This document shows, in pieces, positions 48,577-59,572 of a DNA stretch of 64,000 nt (the first letter of the stretch is position 1; every line of letters begins with the position of its first letter). A program made the translations under genes and the position numbers. The stretch covers positions 1,376,001 to 1,440,000 of the forward strand of contig OY970399.1 of the NCBI GenBank assembly GCA_963720545.1, read 5' to 3'. This DNA comes from an uncultured Acidobacteriota bacterium (GTDB lineage Bacteria > Acidobacteriota > Vicinamibacteria > Fen-336). The notes below the pieces were generated by a model. The model had not been told where the DNA came from. It ran no database searches and worked only from the letters and a program-made list of their open reading frames with translations.

Positions 48577-49527
48577 CTAGCCGTTCTCGACGAGCCGCGC
48601 GCCGGGAGCCCCCACGGGCGAGACGATCACGTCGGCGGGCACGCCGGCGGCTTCGGCGAGCGCCGAGCGCATGGCATCGCCCACCCAGCGCGCGAGGTGC
48701 TCGGTGTGGCAGAGCGCGAAGATCGACGGTCCCGACCCCGAGAGGCTGCAGCCGAGGGCGCCCGCGCGCAGCGCCGCGCCCTTGACGGCCGCGAAGCCGG
48801 GCACGAGCGTCGCGCGCTTGGCTTCGGCGATCTCGTCCACCAGCACGCTCGCGAGCAGGTCCATGTCGTCTTCGTAGAGGGCGGCGACCAGAGCGCCGAC
48901 CCGCCCGGCTTGCGCCACCGCCGCCACCAGCGGGACGGTATCGCCAAGGAGCGCGCGCGCCTCGGAGGTGCGCAGTTCCAGCTGCGGGTGCAGCACGGCG
49001 CAGCACAGGCCATCGGGCACCGGCAGGCGCACCACCTCGGGCGCCGAGGGCGTGCCGTGCAGCAGCACGAAGCCGCCGAGCAGCGATGGCACCACGTTGT
49101 CGCCGTGCGCGGCGCCGGAGGCCACGAGACGCTCGGCCTCGATCGCGGAGCGGATCATCACCGCCTGGGTTGCGCCGAGATCGAGCGCGGCGTCGGCGGC
49201 CACCACTGCCGCCACCGCGCTGGCGGCGCTGCTGCCGAGGCCGCTCGCGAGCGGAATGCCCTTGCGCACCCGCAGCGCCACACCGGCGGTGGACTGCATC
49301 TCCTTCAGCAGGTGCGCGACGGCCACCGATGCGGTGTTGGCCGTCGCGTCCTTCGAGAGACGGCCGCCCTCGCCGACGACGCTCTCGAGCACCACTCCAG
49401 GGTTGCCGCGCGGCGTCGCCAGCACCTCGTCGCCCAGGCCATCGAGTGCGAAGCCGAGAACGTCGAAGCCGCAGGCGACATTCGACACCGAGGCGGGCGC
49501 CCAGGCGCGCGCCGGGTTGCCGCTCAT
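48577..49527 (-). CDS. thrB: Homoserine kinase
   Basis: PASVSNVACGFDVLG, IPLASGLGSSAAS, HGDNV, SGSGPS. Confidence 0.95.
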   Translation of the reverse strand: MSGNPARAWAPASVSNVACGFDVLGFALDGLGDEVLATPRGNPGVVLESVVGEGGRLSKDATANTASVAVAHLLKEMQSTAGVALRVRKGIPLASGLGSSAASAVAAVVAADAALDLGATQAVMIRSAIEAERLVASGAAHGDNVVPSLLGGFVLLHGTPSAPEVVRLPVPDGLCCAVLHPQLELRTSEARALLGDTVPLVAAVAQAGRVGALVAALYEDDMDLLASVLVDEIAEAKRATLVPGFAAVKGAALRAGALGCSLSGSGPSIFALCHTEHLARWVGDAMRSALAEAAGVPADVIVSPVGAPGARLVENG

Positions 49528-50627
49528 GCTGTGGCGGGCGCCGCGGTGGCGGGAGCGGCAGCGCGCAGCAGCCCGCGGCTCATCGCCAGCTCGGCCACCA
49601 GGATCGCGCCGCCCGCGGCGCCGCGCACGGTGTTGTGCGAAAGCGCCACGAACTTGTGGCCGAAGTTGGCGCACGGCCGCAGCCTGCCGATGCTCGTCGC
49701 CATGCCGCCCTCGAGGTCGCGATGCAACCGCGGCTGCGGCGCGTCGTTGCGCTCGTGGTAGTGGATGGGGCGCTGCGGCGCCGACGGCAGGCCCAGCTCC
49801 TGCGGCTCGGCGCGGAAGTCTTCCCAGGCGGCGCGGATCTCGGCGGCGCTCGCCTTGCGCTCGGTCTCGACCGAGATCGCGAGCGTGTGGCCGTCGATCA
49901 CCGCGACCCGGTGGCAGGCCGCGCTCACCACGATGCTCGCGTCCTTGAAGGCCTTGCCGTCGAACTCGCCGAGGATCTTGAGCGTCTCGCGCTCGATCTT
50001 TTCCTCCTCGTCGGCGATGTACGGAATGACGTTGTCGAGGATCTCGAAGCTCGGCACGCCCGGCAGCCCCGCGCCGGAAACCGCCTGCAGGGTGACGACG
50101 TGCACGCGCCGCAGGCCGAATGCGTCGGCGATCGGCTTCAGCGCCAGCACGATGCCGATCGTCGAGCAGTTGGGGTTCGTGAGGATGGCACCCGTCCCAT
50201 ACTGCTGCAGGCTCGCGGCCGCAAGGTGTTCGGCGTTCACCTCCGGCACCAGCAGCGGCACGTCGGCGTCGTAGCGATGGCTCTTCGCATTCGAGACCAC
50301 GACCACCCCGGCACGCGCGAACGCCGCTTCCGCGGGGCCGGCGGCGGCGGCGTCCATCGCCGAAAACGCGAGCGGCACCGCGAACGGCTCGGTCGGCAGC
50401 AGCGGCATCGCGGCGATCTCGCGCGGCAGCGGGGCCTGCTGCAGCCAGCGCACCGCCTCACCGTAAGGCTTGCCCGCCGAGCGCTCCGAAGCCGTCAGGT
50501 GCGCGATTTTGAACCACGGGTGGTTCGCAAGCAGCGAGACGAAGCGCTGCCCGACGCTGCCGGTCGCGCCCAGGATCGCGACTGGAATCCGCCCACCCAC
50601 CCCCGATACGCCGCTCACAGTAGTCAT
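49524..50627 (-). CDS. asd: Aspartate-semialdehyde dehydrogenase (archaeal/fungal-like subtype)
   Basis: GATGSVGQRF, ASERSAGK, PEVN, NPNCST, QAVSGAG, NVIPYI..EEEK, HNTVRGAAG. Confidence 0.95.
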   Translation of the reverse strand: MTTVSGVSGVGGRIPVAILGATGSVGQRFVSLLANHPWFKIAHLTASERSAGKPYGEAVRWLQQAPLPREIAAMPLLPTEPFAVPLAFSAMDAAAAGPAEAAFARAGVVVVSNAKSHRYDADVPLLVPEVNAEHLAAASLQQYGTGAILTNPNCSTIGIVLALKPIADAFGLRRVHVVTLQAVSGAGLPGVPSFEILDNVIPYIADEEEKIERETLKILGEFDGKAFKDASIVVSAACHRVAVIDGHTLAISVETERKASAAEIRAAWEDFRAEPQELGLPSAPQRPIHYHERNDAPQPRLHRDLEGGMATSIGRLRPCANFGHKFVALSHNTVRGAAGGAILVAELAMSRGLLRAAAPATAAPATA

Positions 50628-50641
50628 GGATCGGCGGGATT

Positions 50642-53077
50642 CTAACGGGAGCGGGCGGCCTTCAGGATGTCGGAGAACACCGCGGAGGCCGTTACCTCCG
50701 GGCCGGCGCCGGGGCCGCGGACGACCAGGGGCGCCTCGGCATAGCGCCGGGTCCAGAAAGCGATCAGGTTCTGGGTGCCCGAGAGGCTGAAGCAGGGGTG
50801 CGACTCGTCGAGCAGGCGCAGGCCGGCCTCGAGGCCAGCTTCGCTGGCGCTCGCCACGAAGGAAAGCCGGCAGTTCGCGGCCCGGGCCACCCGGGCGAGC
50901 TCGCGGTAGTGCTCGTCGAGCTCGGGCAGCGCCGCCCAGAACTGCTCCTGGGACAGCGAGTTCCAGTCGCGGCCGGGCAGCAGGCTCTCCACCTGGACCT
51001 CGCCGGCCGGCAGTCCCGCGACGCGAGCGAGGATCAGCAGCTTGCGGCCGGCATCGACGCCGCCGAGGTCCTCGCGCGGGTCGGGCTCGGTGTAGCCGAG
51101 CCCATGCGCCTCGCGCACGGCCTCGCTGAACGAGGCCGACTCGCCAAGCCGGCTCATGAGGAAGGCGATGGTCCCGGACAGGCAGCCTTCGATCCGTGTG
51201 ACGGTGTCGCCGGTCGCGACCAGGTCGGCGAGCGTGCTGAGGATCGGCAGGCCGGCGCCGACCGTGGCCTCGTGCAGCAGCAGGCCATGCCGCGCCGCCT
51301 CGCACAGGCCCTGCCAGGAGGCGGGGGAACCCGCGAACGCGCGCTTGTTGGCGGCGATCACCGCGACGCCGCTTTGCAGCAGCTCCTGATAGAAGGCCGT
51401 TGGTTCGTCGCTCGCGGTGCAATCCACGAAGATGCGCCGGCCCTTTCGCGAAGACAGCGCGCGCACCACCTCGGCGAGCGGCGCGCCGCCGGGGCCCTGT
51501 TCACGCCAGGCGTCGAGCGGGATGCCGCCTTCCGCCAGGGTCCCGCCGCGGCTTCGGCTCAGGCCAACGAGCGAGAGCTGGATCCCTGCTGCCTCGAGCT
51601 CCGCGCGGCGCGCGGCCAGCTGGTCGAGGAGCGCCGCACCGACGCGGCCGGGTCCGGCGAGTGCCAGCGCCACGGGTTCCGCCGCCGCCTTGCCCGCGGC
51701 GCCGAAGAACACCTGGTGGACCGCGCGCACCGCAGCCGCTTCGTCCGCGCGCTTGACCGCCACGGTGATGTTCAGCTCCGACGAGCCTTGCGAGATGGCG
51801 CGGATGTTGACGCCTGCGGCGCCGAGCGCGCCGAACAGCCGGCCGGCGATGCCCGGCCGCTCGTGCATGCCCGCGCCGACCACTGCGATGAGCGCGACGT
51901 CGTCCTCGACCACCACGTCGTCGACGAGGCCGGCGGCGCGCTCGAGGGCGAACTCGGCCTGCAGGCGCTCGACGGCCTGTTCGAGCGAGCCGGGATCGAT
52001 GGCGAAGCAGATCGAGTGTTCGCTCGACGACTGCGTGATGAGGATGGCGCTGATCGACTCGTTGGCAAGGGCGCCAAAGAGGCGCATCGCGATGCCGGGG
52101 ACGCCGACCATGCCGTCGCCCTCGAGGCGCAGCAGCGCAACCCGCGGCACCGAGGTGATGCCGCGGACGTCGAACGCGTTGGCGCTCTGCTGCGCCGAGA
52201 TCGCCGTGCCCGGAAATGCCGGGTTGAGGGTGTTCCTGATGATGAGCGGGATGCCCTTGGCGCGCGCCGGGTGGATGGTGGGCGGATACACGACCTTGGC
52301 GCCGAAGTGCGACATCTCCATCAGTTCGTCGTAGGTCATCGCCGGGATCGAGAAGGCGCCGCTGACGATGCGCGGGTCGGCGCTCATGACGCCGTCGACG
52401 TCGGTCCAGATCTCGATCGCCGGCGAGTCGAGCGCGGCGCCGACCAGCGCGGCGGTGTAGTCCGAGCCGCCGCGGCCGAGTGTCGTGGTTTCGCCGGCCT
52501 CGGTGGCGGCGACGAAGCCGGCAAGCACCGGGATCGCGTGCCGGCCCGAGAGCGACTCGCGGATGCGCGCATAGCTCTCGGGGAGGCGCACCCGTGCCGC
52601 GCCGAAGCGCTTGTCGGTGAGGATCAGCGAGCGCGTGTCGAAGGCGGTGGCGGCGATGCCGCGGGCGCGAAACGCGGCGGCCACCAGCGGCGCCGACAGC
52701 CGCTCGCCGTAGCTCATGACGCTGTCGAGGGTGCGCGGCGTGCACTCGCGCACCAGGGACGCGCCGCGCAGCAACCCGCGCAACTCCGCGAACGAGTCGC
52801 CGACGAAGGCGGCGAGCGACGCCTGCTCGTCGGCGCTTGCCAGCGCGCGCGCCGCTTCGAGGTGGCGCACGGCGACGCGGTCCAGCACTTCGCTCCACTG
52901 CGGGTCGCTCGCAACCGCGAGATTCGCGACCGCGACCAGGTCGTTGGTGACGCCGCCGAAGGCCGAGACCACCACGGCCAGCGGGCCCTCGCGCGCCGCG
53001 TCCGCGACCAGCGAGACCACGCCCTGGACGCGCTCGGGCGTGGCCACCGAGGTGCCGCCGAACTTGAGGATCTTCAC
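50642..53077 (-). CDS. thrA: Bifunctional aspartokinase/homoserine dehydrogenase
   Basis: KFGGTSV, TLGRGGSD, WTDVDG, two ACT domains (QSSSE, QGSSE), ANKR, EATVGAGLP, EPDPREDL, GPGAG. Confidence 0.96.
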   Translation of the reverse strand: MKILKFGGTSVATPERVQGVVSLVADAAREGPLAVVVSAFGGVTNDLVAVANLAVASDPQWSEVLDRVAVRHLEAARALASADEQASLAAFVGDSFAELRGLLRGASLVRECTPRTLDSVMSYGERLSAPLVAAAFRARGIAATAFDTRSLILTDKRFGAARVRLPESYARIRESLSGRHAIPVLAGFVAATEAGETTTLGRGGSDYTAALVGAALDSPAIEIWTDVDGVMSADPRIVSGAFSIPAMTYDELMEMSHFGAKVVYPPTIHPARAKGIPLIIRNTLNPAFPGTAISAQQSANAFDVRGITSVPRVALLRLEGDGMVGVPGIAMRLFGALANESISAILITQSSSEHSICFAIDPGSLEQAVERLQAEFALERAAGLVDDVVVEDDVALIAVVGAGMHERPGIAGRLFGALGAAGVNIRAISQGSSELNITVAVKRADEAAAVRAVHQVFFGAAGKAAAEPVALALAGPGRVGAALLDQLAARRAELEAAGIQLSLVGLSRSRGGTLAEGGIPLDAWREQGPGGAPLAEVVRALSSRKGRRIFVDCTASDEPTAFYQELLQSGVAVIAANKRAFAGSPASWQGLCEAARHGLLLHEATVGAGLPILSTLADLVATGDTVTRIEGCLSGTIAFLMSRLGESASFSEAVREAHGLGYTEPDPREDLGGVDAGRKLLILARVAGLPAGEVQVESLLPGRDWNSLSQEQFWAALPELDEHYRELARVARAANCRLSFVASASEAGLEAGLRLLDESHPCFSLSGTQNLIAFWTRRYAEAPLVVRGPGAGPEVTASAVFSDILKAARSR

Positions 53078-53465
53078 TTCGCCTTCTCCTTCAGCTCCAG
53101 CAGGACGCCGTCCCCGGCAGAGGGGTGCAGGAACGCGACACGGCTGCCGAAAGCGCCCGGGCGCGGCTGTTGGTCGAGGAGCGGAACGCCGCGCGCCTTC
53201 AGGCCGGCGAGCGCCGTGTCGAGGTCGTCCACCAGGAAGCAGACATGGTGCAGCCCCTTGCGCTTTTCGAGGAAGCGCGCGATCGGCGAATCGGGCGAGG
53301 TCGGCGCGAGCAGTTCCAGGCGCGACTCGCCGATGGGCAGGAAGGCGACGCGCACGCGTTCGCTCGGCACCTCGCAGACTTCTTCGGCCGCAAGGCCCAG
53401 TGTCTTGTAAGTGGCGATCGCGGCCTCGAGGTCGCGAACCGCGATGCCGAGATGGTCGATCTTGA

Positions 53466-53469
<4 letters not shown>
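53074..53469 (-). CDS. mce: Methylmalonyl-CoA epimerase
   Basis: IDHLGIAV, LELL, GLHHVCF, AFLHP..GVLLEL; adjacent to meaB. Confidence 0.92.
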
Positions 53470-54413
<944 letters not shown>

Positions 54414-54418
54414 CGCGG

Positions 54419-55576
54419 CTACCGCACCATGCCGCGCAGCTGCAGCAACTCGCGCGCGATCACCAGCCGCTGGATCTCGCTCGTACCCTCGCCGATGGTG
54501 CCGAGCTTGGAGTCGCGCAGGTAGCGCTCCACCGGATAGTCCTTGAGGTAGCCGTAGCCGCCGTGGATCTGGATCGCGTCCATCGCCGCCGCCACCGCCA
54601 TTTCGGTCGCGAACAGCTTGGCCATCGACGATTCGGTGGTGTGCTGCGCGCCGCTGTCGCGCAGGCACGCGGCGCGCCAGGTGAGCAGGCGCCCGGCTTC
54701 GACCGCGGTCGCCATGTCGGCGATCTTGAACTGGATCGCCTGGTACTCGGCGATCGCATGGTCGAACTGCTTGCGGCCCTTCGCGTATTTCATGCTCGCT
54801 TCGAGCGCCGCCTGCGCGATTCCGACCGAGAACGCCGCGATGCCGATGCGGCCGCGGTCGAGGATGCGGAGGGTGTCGATGAAGCCCATGCCTGCCGCGC
54901 CCAGCAGGTGGTCGAGGGGCAGGCGCACGTCCTCGAGGATCAGCTCCGAGGTGTCCGAGCAGCGCACGCCGAGCTTGTCTTCCTTCTTGCCGGGGCGGAA
55001 CCCGGGCGTGCCCTTCTCCACCACGAACGCGGAGATGCCCTTCTTGCCGGCGGCGCGGTCGGTGACCGCCATGACCACCGCGATGTCGGCGACGCTCGCG
55101 TTGGTGATGAAGGTCTTCGAGCCGTTCAGCAGCCAGCCCGAGCCGTCGCGGACCGCGGTCGTCTTGGTGCCGCCGGCGTCCGAGCCGGCGCTGTTCTCGG
55201 TGAGGCCCCAGCAGCCGATCTTCTCGCCCTTCGCGAGCGGCACCAGCCACTTCTTCTTCTGCGCCTCGGTGCCGGCGAGGGCGATGTGGCCCGACGACAG
55301 CGAGTTGTGCGCCGCGACCGACAGGGCGACGCCGGCGTCGGCGCGGCTCAGCTCCTCCATGACGATCGCGTAGTCGAGGGTGGACATGCCGGAACCGCCG
55401 TATTCGGCCGGCCAGACGACGCCCATCAGCCCCATTTCGCCGAGTTTTGCGAACAGTTCGCGCGGGAACGCCTGGCGTTCGTCCCACTCGCGCGCATGCG
55501 GAGCGATCTCTGCTTCAGCGAATTCGCGAACCGACGAGCGCAGGAGCTTCTGCTCGTCGCTGAGGCTAAAATCCAC
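54419..55576 (-). CDS. Acyl-CoA dehydrogenase
   Basis: [51 protein letters not shown] start with GGAGG upstream. Confidence 0.95.
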   Translation of the reverse strand: MDFSLSDEQKLLRSSVREFAEAEIAPHAREWDERQAFPRELFAKLGEMGLMGVVWPAEYGGSGMSTLDYAIVMEELSRADAGVALSVAAHNSLSSGHIALAGTEAQKKKWLVPLAKGEKIGCWGLTENSAGSDAGGTKTTAVRDGSGWLLNGSKTFITNASVADIAVVMAVTDRAAGKKGISAFVVEKGTPGFRPGKKEDKLGVRCSDTSELILEDVRLPLDHLLGAAGMGFIDTLRILDRGRIGIAAFSVGIAQAALEASMKYAKGRKQFDHAIAEYQAIQFKIADMATAVEAGRLLTWRAACLRDSGAQHTTESSMAKLFATEMAVAAAMDAIQIHGGYGYLKDYPVERYLRDSKLGTIGEGTSEIQRLVIARELLQLRGMVR

Positions 55577-55634
55577 GGTCAATTCCTCCGGGGGGAACGA
55601 GAATCTTAGTGGATGGCCCGGAGAAGGGGCAAAC

Positions 55635-56576
55635 CTGAAGCGCGCGGCGCTCATCGTCTTTCTACTCCTGCTCGTGGGCGCGCTGGTCTTCTGGATCGGC
55701 CTGCCCGCGCGCAGCGACGTCCGCGAGCTGCGCAGCGTGAACCCGAAGGAGACGAGCGTCATGCGCCAGCGCGCGGCCGAGGCGCGCGCCGCGGGCCGCA
55801 AGCCCGGACGCTCGCAGGCGTGGGTGCCGCTGTCGCGCATCTCGCGCAACCTGGTTGAGGCCGTGGTCTCGGCGGAAGACGGCAAGTTCTTCGGCCACCA
55901 GGGCGTCGACTGGGAGGCGCTCAAGGAGAGCGCGCAGAAAGACTGGGAGAAACGCCGCTTCGTGCGCGGCGGCAGCACCATCACCCAGCAGCTCGCGAAG
56001 AACCTCTACTTCACGACGCGCCGCGACCCGGTGCGCAAGCTGCGCGAGTTCGTGGTGGCGCGCTGGCTGGAGGAAGACCTGTCGAAGCGCCGCATCCTCG
56101 AGATCTACCTGAACGTCATCGAATGGGGCGACGGCATCTACGGTTGCGAAGCGGCGGCGCGCCGCTGGTACGGCAAGCCGGCGGCCTCGCTCTCTGTAGA
56201 GGAAGCGGCCGGCCTGGCGGCGATGATCCCCAACCCGCGCCGCATCAACCCGCGCGTCAGCCCCGGCTGGCACCAGCGCGCCACCAGGCGGGTGCTCTGG
56301 CTGATGGCGCTGTCCGGCCGCATCGAGCGCGGCGAGCCTGTGCCGGACGCCACCCCGCCGCCGGTCGAACCGCCACCCGGTGAATCGCCCGACATCGAAA
56401 TGGACGCTCCGCCCGAGGTGCTGCCGGTGATCGAGGCAACCCCGGCGGCGCCGCCGGCCGGGCCCGAGGCGAGCCCGTCGGCGCCACCGCAGGTGAGCGA
56501 ACCGCCGCCGCCGCCCGCGCCGATGCCAACCCCAACCCCCTCGCCCACGGTCGATCCGCGCCAGGGGCCAGCGTGA
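55635..56576 (+). CDS. mtgA: Monofunctional peptidoglycan transglycosylase with Pro-rich tail
   Basis: N-terminal [43 protein letters not shown]; start tentative (CTG after GGAGAAGGGG). Confidence 0.9.
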   Translation: MKRAALIVFLLLLVGALVFWIGLPARSDVRELRSVNPKETSVMRQRAAEARAAGRKPGRSQAWVPLSRISRNLVEAVVSAEDGKFFGHQGVDWEALKESAQKDWEKRRFVRGGSTITQQLAKNLYFTTRRDPVRKLREFVVARWLEEDLSKRRILEIYLNVIEWGDGIYGCEAAARRWYGKPAASLSVEEAAGLAAMIPNPRRINPRVSPGWHQRATRRVLWLMALSGRIERGEPVPDATPPPVEPPPGESPDIEMDAPPEVLPVIEATPAAPPAGPEASPSAPPQVSEPPPPPAPMPTPTPSPTVDPRQGPA

Positions 56577-57292
56577 TCGGCGCGCGCGAAACCGCCGACA
56601 TCGAGACTTCGTCCGATGCGTATGCCCGCCGCTTCGACGGCGCCGTCGGCGCATGGTTCCTCGAGGTGCAGCGCGACATCACGCTCGCGCTGCTGAAGCC
56701 GTGGCCCGGAGCGCGCATCCTCGACGTCGGCGGCGGCCACGGCCAGCTCACCGCGCCGCTGGTTGCGGCCGGCCACGCGGTCACCGTGTTCGGCAGCGAT
56801 CCCGGCTGCGTGCAGCGCGTCGCGCCGCTGGTCAAGGCCGGCCAGGCTGCGTTTCGTTCCGGCGACCTGCTGCAGATGCCGTTCGCCGATCGCGAGTTCG
56901 ACGTGGTGCTCTGCTATCGCCTGCTGCCGCATGTCGCCGAGGTGGACGGGCTGGTGATCGAGCTGTGCCGGGTGGCGCGCAGCGCTGTGGTCGTCGACTA
57001 TCCGACGAAGCGCAGCGTCAACGCCGCCGCCGATGCGCTGTTCGCCGCCAAGAAGCGCGTCGAAGGCGACACCCGGCCGTTCACGGTGTTCGCCGACGCG
57101 GCGCTCGACACGACATTCGCTGCCGCCGGCTTCGCGCGCACCGCGCGCCGGCCGGAGTTCCTGCTGCCGATGGCGCTGCATCGCGCCGCCGGCACGCGCG
57201 CGCTCTCGGCGGCGCTCGAAGGCGCGGCGCGGGCGCTGGCGCTGACCACGGCGTTCGGCTCGCCGGTGATCGCGCGGTACGAGCGTGGCTGA
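56573..57292 (+). CDS. Class I SAM-dependent methyltransferase
   Basis: ILDVGGGHG, GDLLQMPFADREFDVV, LLPH; GTG overlaps the mtgA stop. Confidence 0.88.
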   Translation: MIGARETADIETSSDAYARRFDGAVGAWFLEVQRDITLALLKPWPGARILDVGGGHGQLTAPLVAAGHAVTVFGSDPGCVQRVAPLVKAGQAAFRSGDLLQMPFADREFDVVLCYRLLPHVAEVDGLVIELCRVARSAVVVDYPTKRSVNAAADALFAAKKRVEGDTRPFTVFADAALDTTFAAAGFARTARRPEFLLPMALHRAAGTRALSAALEGAARALALTTAFGSPVIARYERG

Positions 57293-58064
57293 GAGCAGGG
57301 CCGGCTGGGCGCGCGCGCTCTTCTCGCGCTCCGTCTTGAAGCAGCGTAAGGTCGCGGAGATCGTCCAAAGCCTCGGCGCGACGAGCGGGCTGCGCTGCCT
57401 CGACCTCGGCTCCGACAACGGCATCGTCAGCCTGATGCTGCGCGAGCGCGGCGGCTCGTGGGCCTCGGCCGACCTCACCGAGGAAGCCGTGGCGGCGATC
57501 GCCGAGCTGGTTACCAGCGACGTGCACCTCGTGGACAGCGCCCGGCTGCCGTTCGGCGGCGCCTCGTTCGACCGCGTCGTGGTGGTGGACATGCTCGAGC
57601 ACGCGCCGGACGAGGCGTCGTTCGCGGCCGAACTGGGCCGCATCACGCGGCCCGGCGGCCTGCTGGTGGTGAACACCCCGCACCTCAAGCGCACGCTCCT
57701 CAAGCGGCTGCGCCATGCGCTCGGCCAGACCGACGCGAAGCACGGCCACCTGCGCCCCGGCTACACGGCCGCGCGCGTCGCCGAGCTGCTCGGCCCGGGC
57801 TTTTCGCTCACCGCCTCGCGCAGCTACTCGCGCTTCTTCTCCGAGTTCGTCGACACCCTCATCAACGTGGCGGTCGAGCGTCTCGGCAAGGGTTCGTCGG
57901 CGAAGGGCATGGTGATGACGCGCGACGACCTCGCGAAGCACCGCAGGATGTTCCGCGCGTACTCGCTCGTCTACCCGGTGGTGCGCGCGGTGGCGGCGCT
58001 CGACGCGCTCATCCCCTGGGCCTCGGGCTACATGCTGATCGTCACCGCGGAGCGCCGCGGCTAG
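57285..58064 (+). CDS. Class I SAM-dependent methyltransferase
   Basis: CLDLGSDNG, LPFGGASFDRVVVVDMLEH, RPGGLLVVNTP, GHLRPGY. Confidence 0.88.
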   Translation: MAESRAGWARALFSRSVLKQRKVAEIVQSLGATSGLRCLDLGSDNGIVSLMLRERGGSWASADLTEEAVAAIAELVTSDVHLVDSARLPFGGASFDRVVVVDMLEHAPDEASFAAELGRITRPGGLLVVNTPHLKRTLLKRLRHALGQTDAKHGHLRPGYTAARVAELLGPGFSLTASRSYSRFFSEFVDTLINVAVERLGKGSSAKGMVMTRDDLAKHRRMFRAYSLVYPVVRAVAALDALIPWASGYMLIVTAERRG

Positions 58065-58073
58065 CGCAGCGGG

Positions 58074-59546
58074 TCACCTGCCGGCCTTGCGCCGCTCCTT
58101 GTCGGCGTACATGCGCTCGTCGGCGAGGCGAATGAGGGCCTCCTTGCCGTTCGCCGCGGTCGGGTAGTCGGCGACGCCCACCGAGGCGCCGACCCGCGCG
58201 TTGATCCCCTCCTCCTGCAGGAAGGTGTGCGACTCGATGATCTCGCGCAGCTTCTCGGCAAGCGCGCGCGCCGCGTCCTCGGAGGTGCGCGGCAGGATGA
58301 CGCAGAACTCGTCGCCGCCGTAGCGCGCCGGGTAGTCGGTCTCGCGCACCGCGTTGCGCAGCAGGAAGCCGATCTCGCGCAACACGCGGCTGCCGCGCAG
58401 GTGGCCGTACGCGTCGTTGATCGGCTTGAAGCGGTCGAGGTCGATGAACATCAGCGACACCACGCTGCCGTAGCGGTCGACGAACTTCAGCTCGCGGTCG
58501 AGGATCTGGTGGAAGAAGCGGAAGTTGTAGAGCGGCGTGACGTCGTCGGTGATCGACAGCTCGCGTGTCTTGAGGAACAGGCGCGCGTTCTCGAAAGCGA
58601 GCGCCAGCGCGTCGGCCACCGGCTGCAGCCGGGTCGCGGCGTGCGCGTCGAACGACGACGGCTTGCGCGCCGCGAGGCACAGCGAGCCGATGCTCTGGGT
58701 GCGCGCGTTCAGCGGCACCACCAGGTACGAGCGCAGGTCTTCCTCGAGCAAGCGCATGTCCTCGACGAAGCGGCGGCTGTGCAGCAGGTCGGTGGCGAGC
58801 ACCGGGTGGTTGTCGGCGACCGCCGCGCCCGGGCCCGAGCCGACCAGCGGAATGACGCTGCCGAGCCCCCAGGTGGCGCCTTCGGGAAAGCCGAGCAGGT
58901 CGAAGTAGTCGCGCGACTCGTTGAGGAACGCGCACACCAGCCGGTCGAACGGCTGGAACGCGCGCAGCTCGCTGGCAAACGCCGGAATCACGTCCTTCAG
59001 CTCGCGGCTGCCGCCAAGCGTCGAGGTGATGCGGCTCAGCACGTCGGCGCGCGCGGTGGAGGCCTCGAGCTCCGACGACAGGCGCGCGTTCTCGATGCCG
59101 GCGCCGAACAGACGGCCGAGCGCCTCGAAGAAGGACGGCTCGTACGGCATGCGGCCGCCGTTGTCGAACAACACCAGCGCGCCGACCGTGCCGGAGCGCA
59201 CCACCAGCGGCGCGGCGCTGGTCCAGCCCGACTCGCGCATGTCGAAAGCCGCGCGGCGCGCGCCGATGGCGTCCTGGGCCAGGGCGCGCAGCCGCTCGTC
59301 ATCGACCGACATGGTGCCGGCGCGCAACAGGTTGCGCTCGCCGCCGTTCGCGTCATGGAAGAGCGCTACCGCGCCTTCGATCCCGAGCGCGCGCACCACG
59401 TCTTCGAGAGCCGCGTGCACGAGAGCGTTCTCGTCGCGCTCGGCGCACAGCTTGAAGGCCACCTGGCTCAGGGCGTGCGCGGCGCGATCGGTGCGCACCA
59501 CCGTACCTTCGGCGGGCGTTTCCGCGGAGCTGCGGCGGGTGGTCAT
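58074..59546 (-). CDS. GAF-GAF-GGDEF diguanylate cyclase
   Basis: Two GAF regions ending ENARL; TDDVTPLYN, DLDRFKPINDAYGH, RETD I-site, RYGGDEF. Confidence 0.93.
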   Translation of the reverse strand: MTTRRSSAETPAEGTVVRTDRAAHALSQVAFKLCAERDENALVHAALEDVVRALGIEGAVALFHDANGGERNLLRAGTMSVDDERLRALAQDAIGARRAAFDMRESGWTSAAPLVVRSGTVGALVLFDNGGRMPYEPSFFEALGRLFGAGIENARLSSELEASTARADVLSRITSTLGGSRELKDVIPAFASELRAFQPFDRLVCAFLNESRDYFDLLGFPEGATWGLGSVIPLVGSGPGAAVADNHPVLATDLLHSRRFVEDMRLLEEDLRSYLVVPLNARTQSIGSLCLAARKPSSFDAHAATRLQPVADALALAFENARLFLKTRELSITDDVTPLYNFRFFHQILDRELKFVDRYGSVVSLMFIDLDRFKPINDAYGHLRGSRVLREIGFLLRNAVRETDYPARYGGDEFCVILPRTSEDAARALAEKLREIIESHTFLQEEGINARVGASVGVADYPTAANGKEALIRLADERMYADKERRKAGR

Positions 59547-59572
59547 GGCGGGCAGGCCATTCTAGGACGCCA

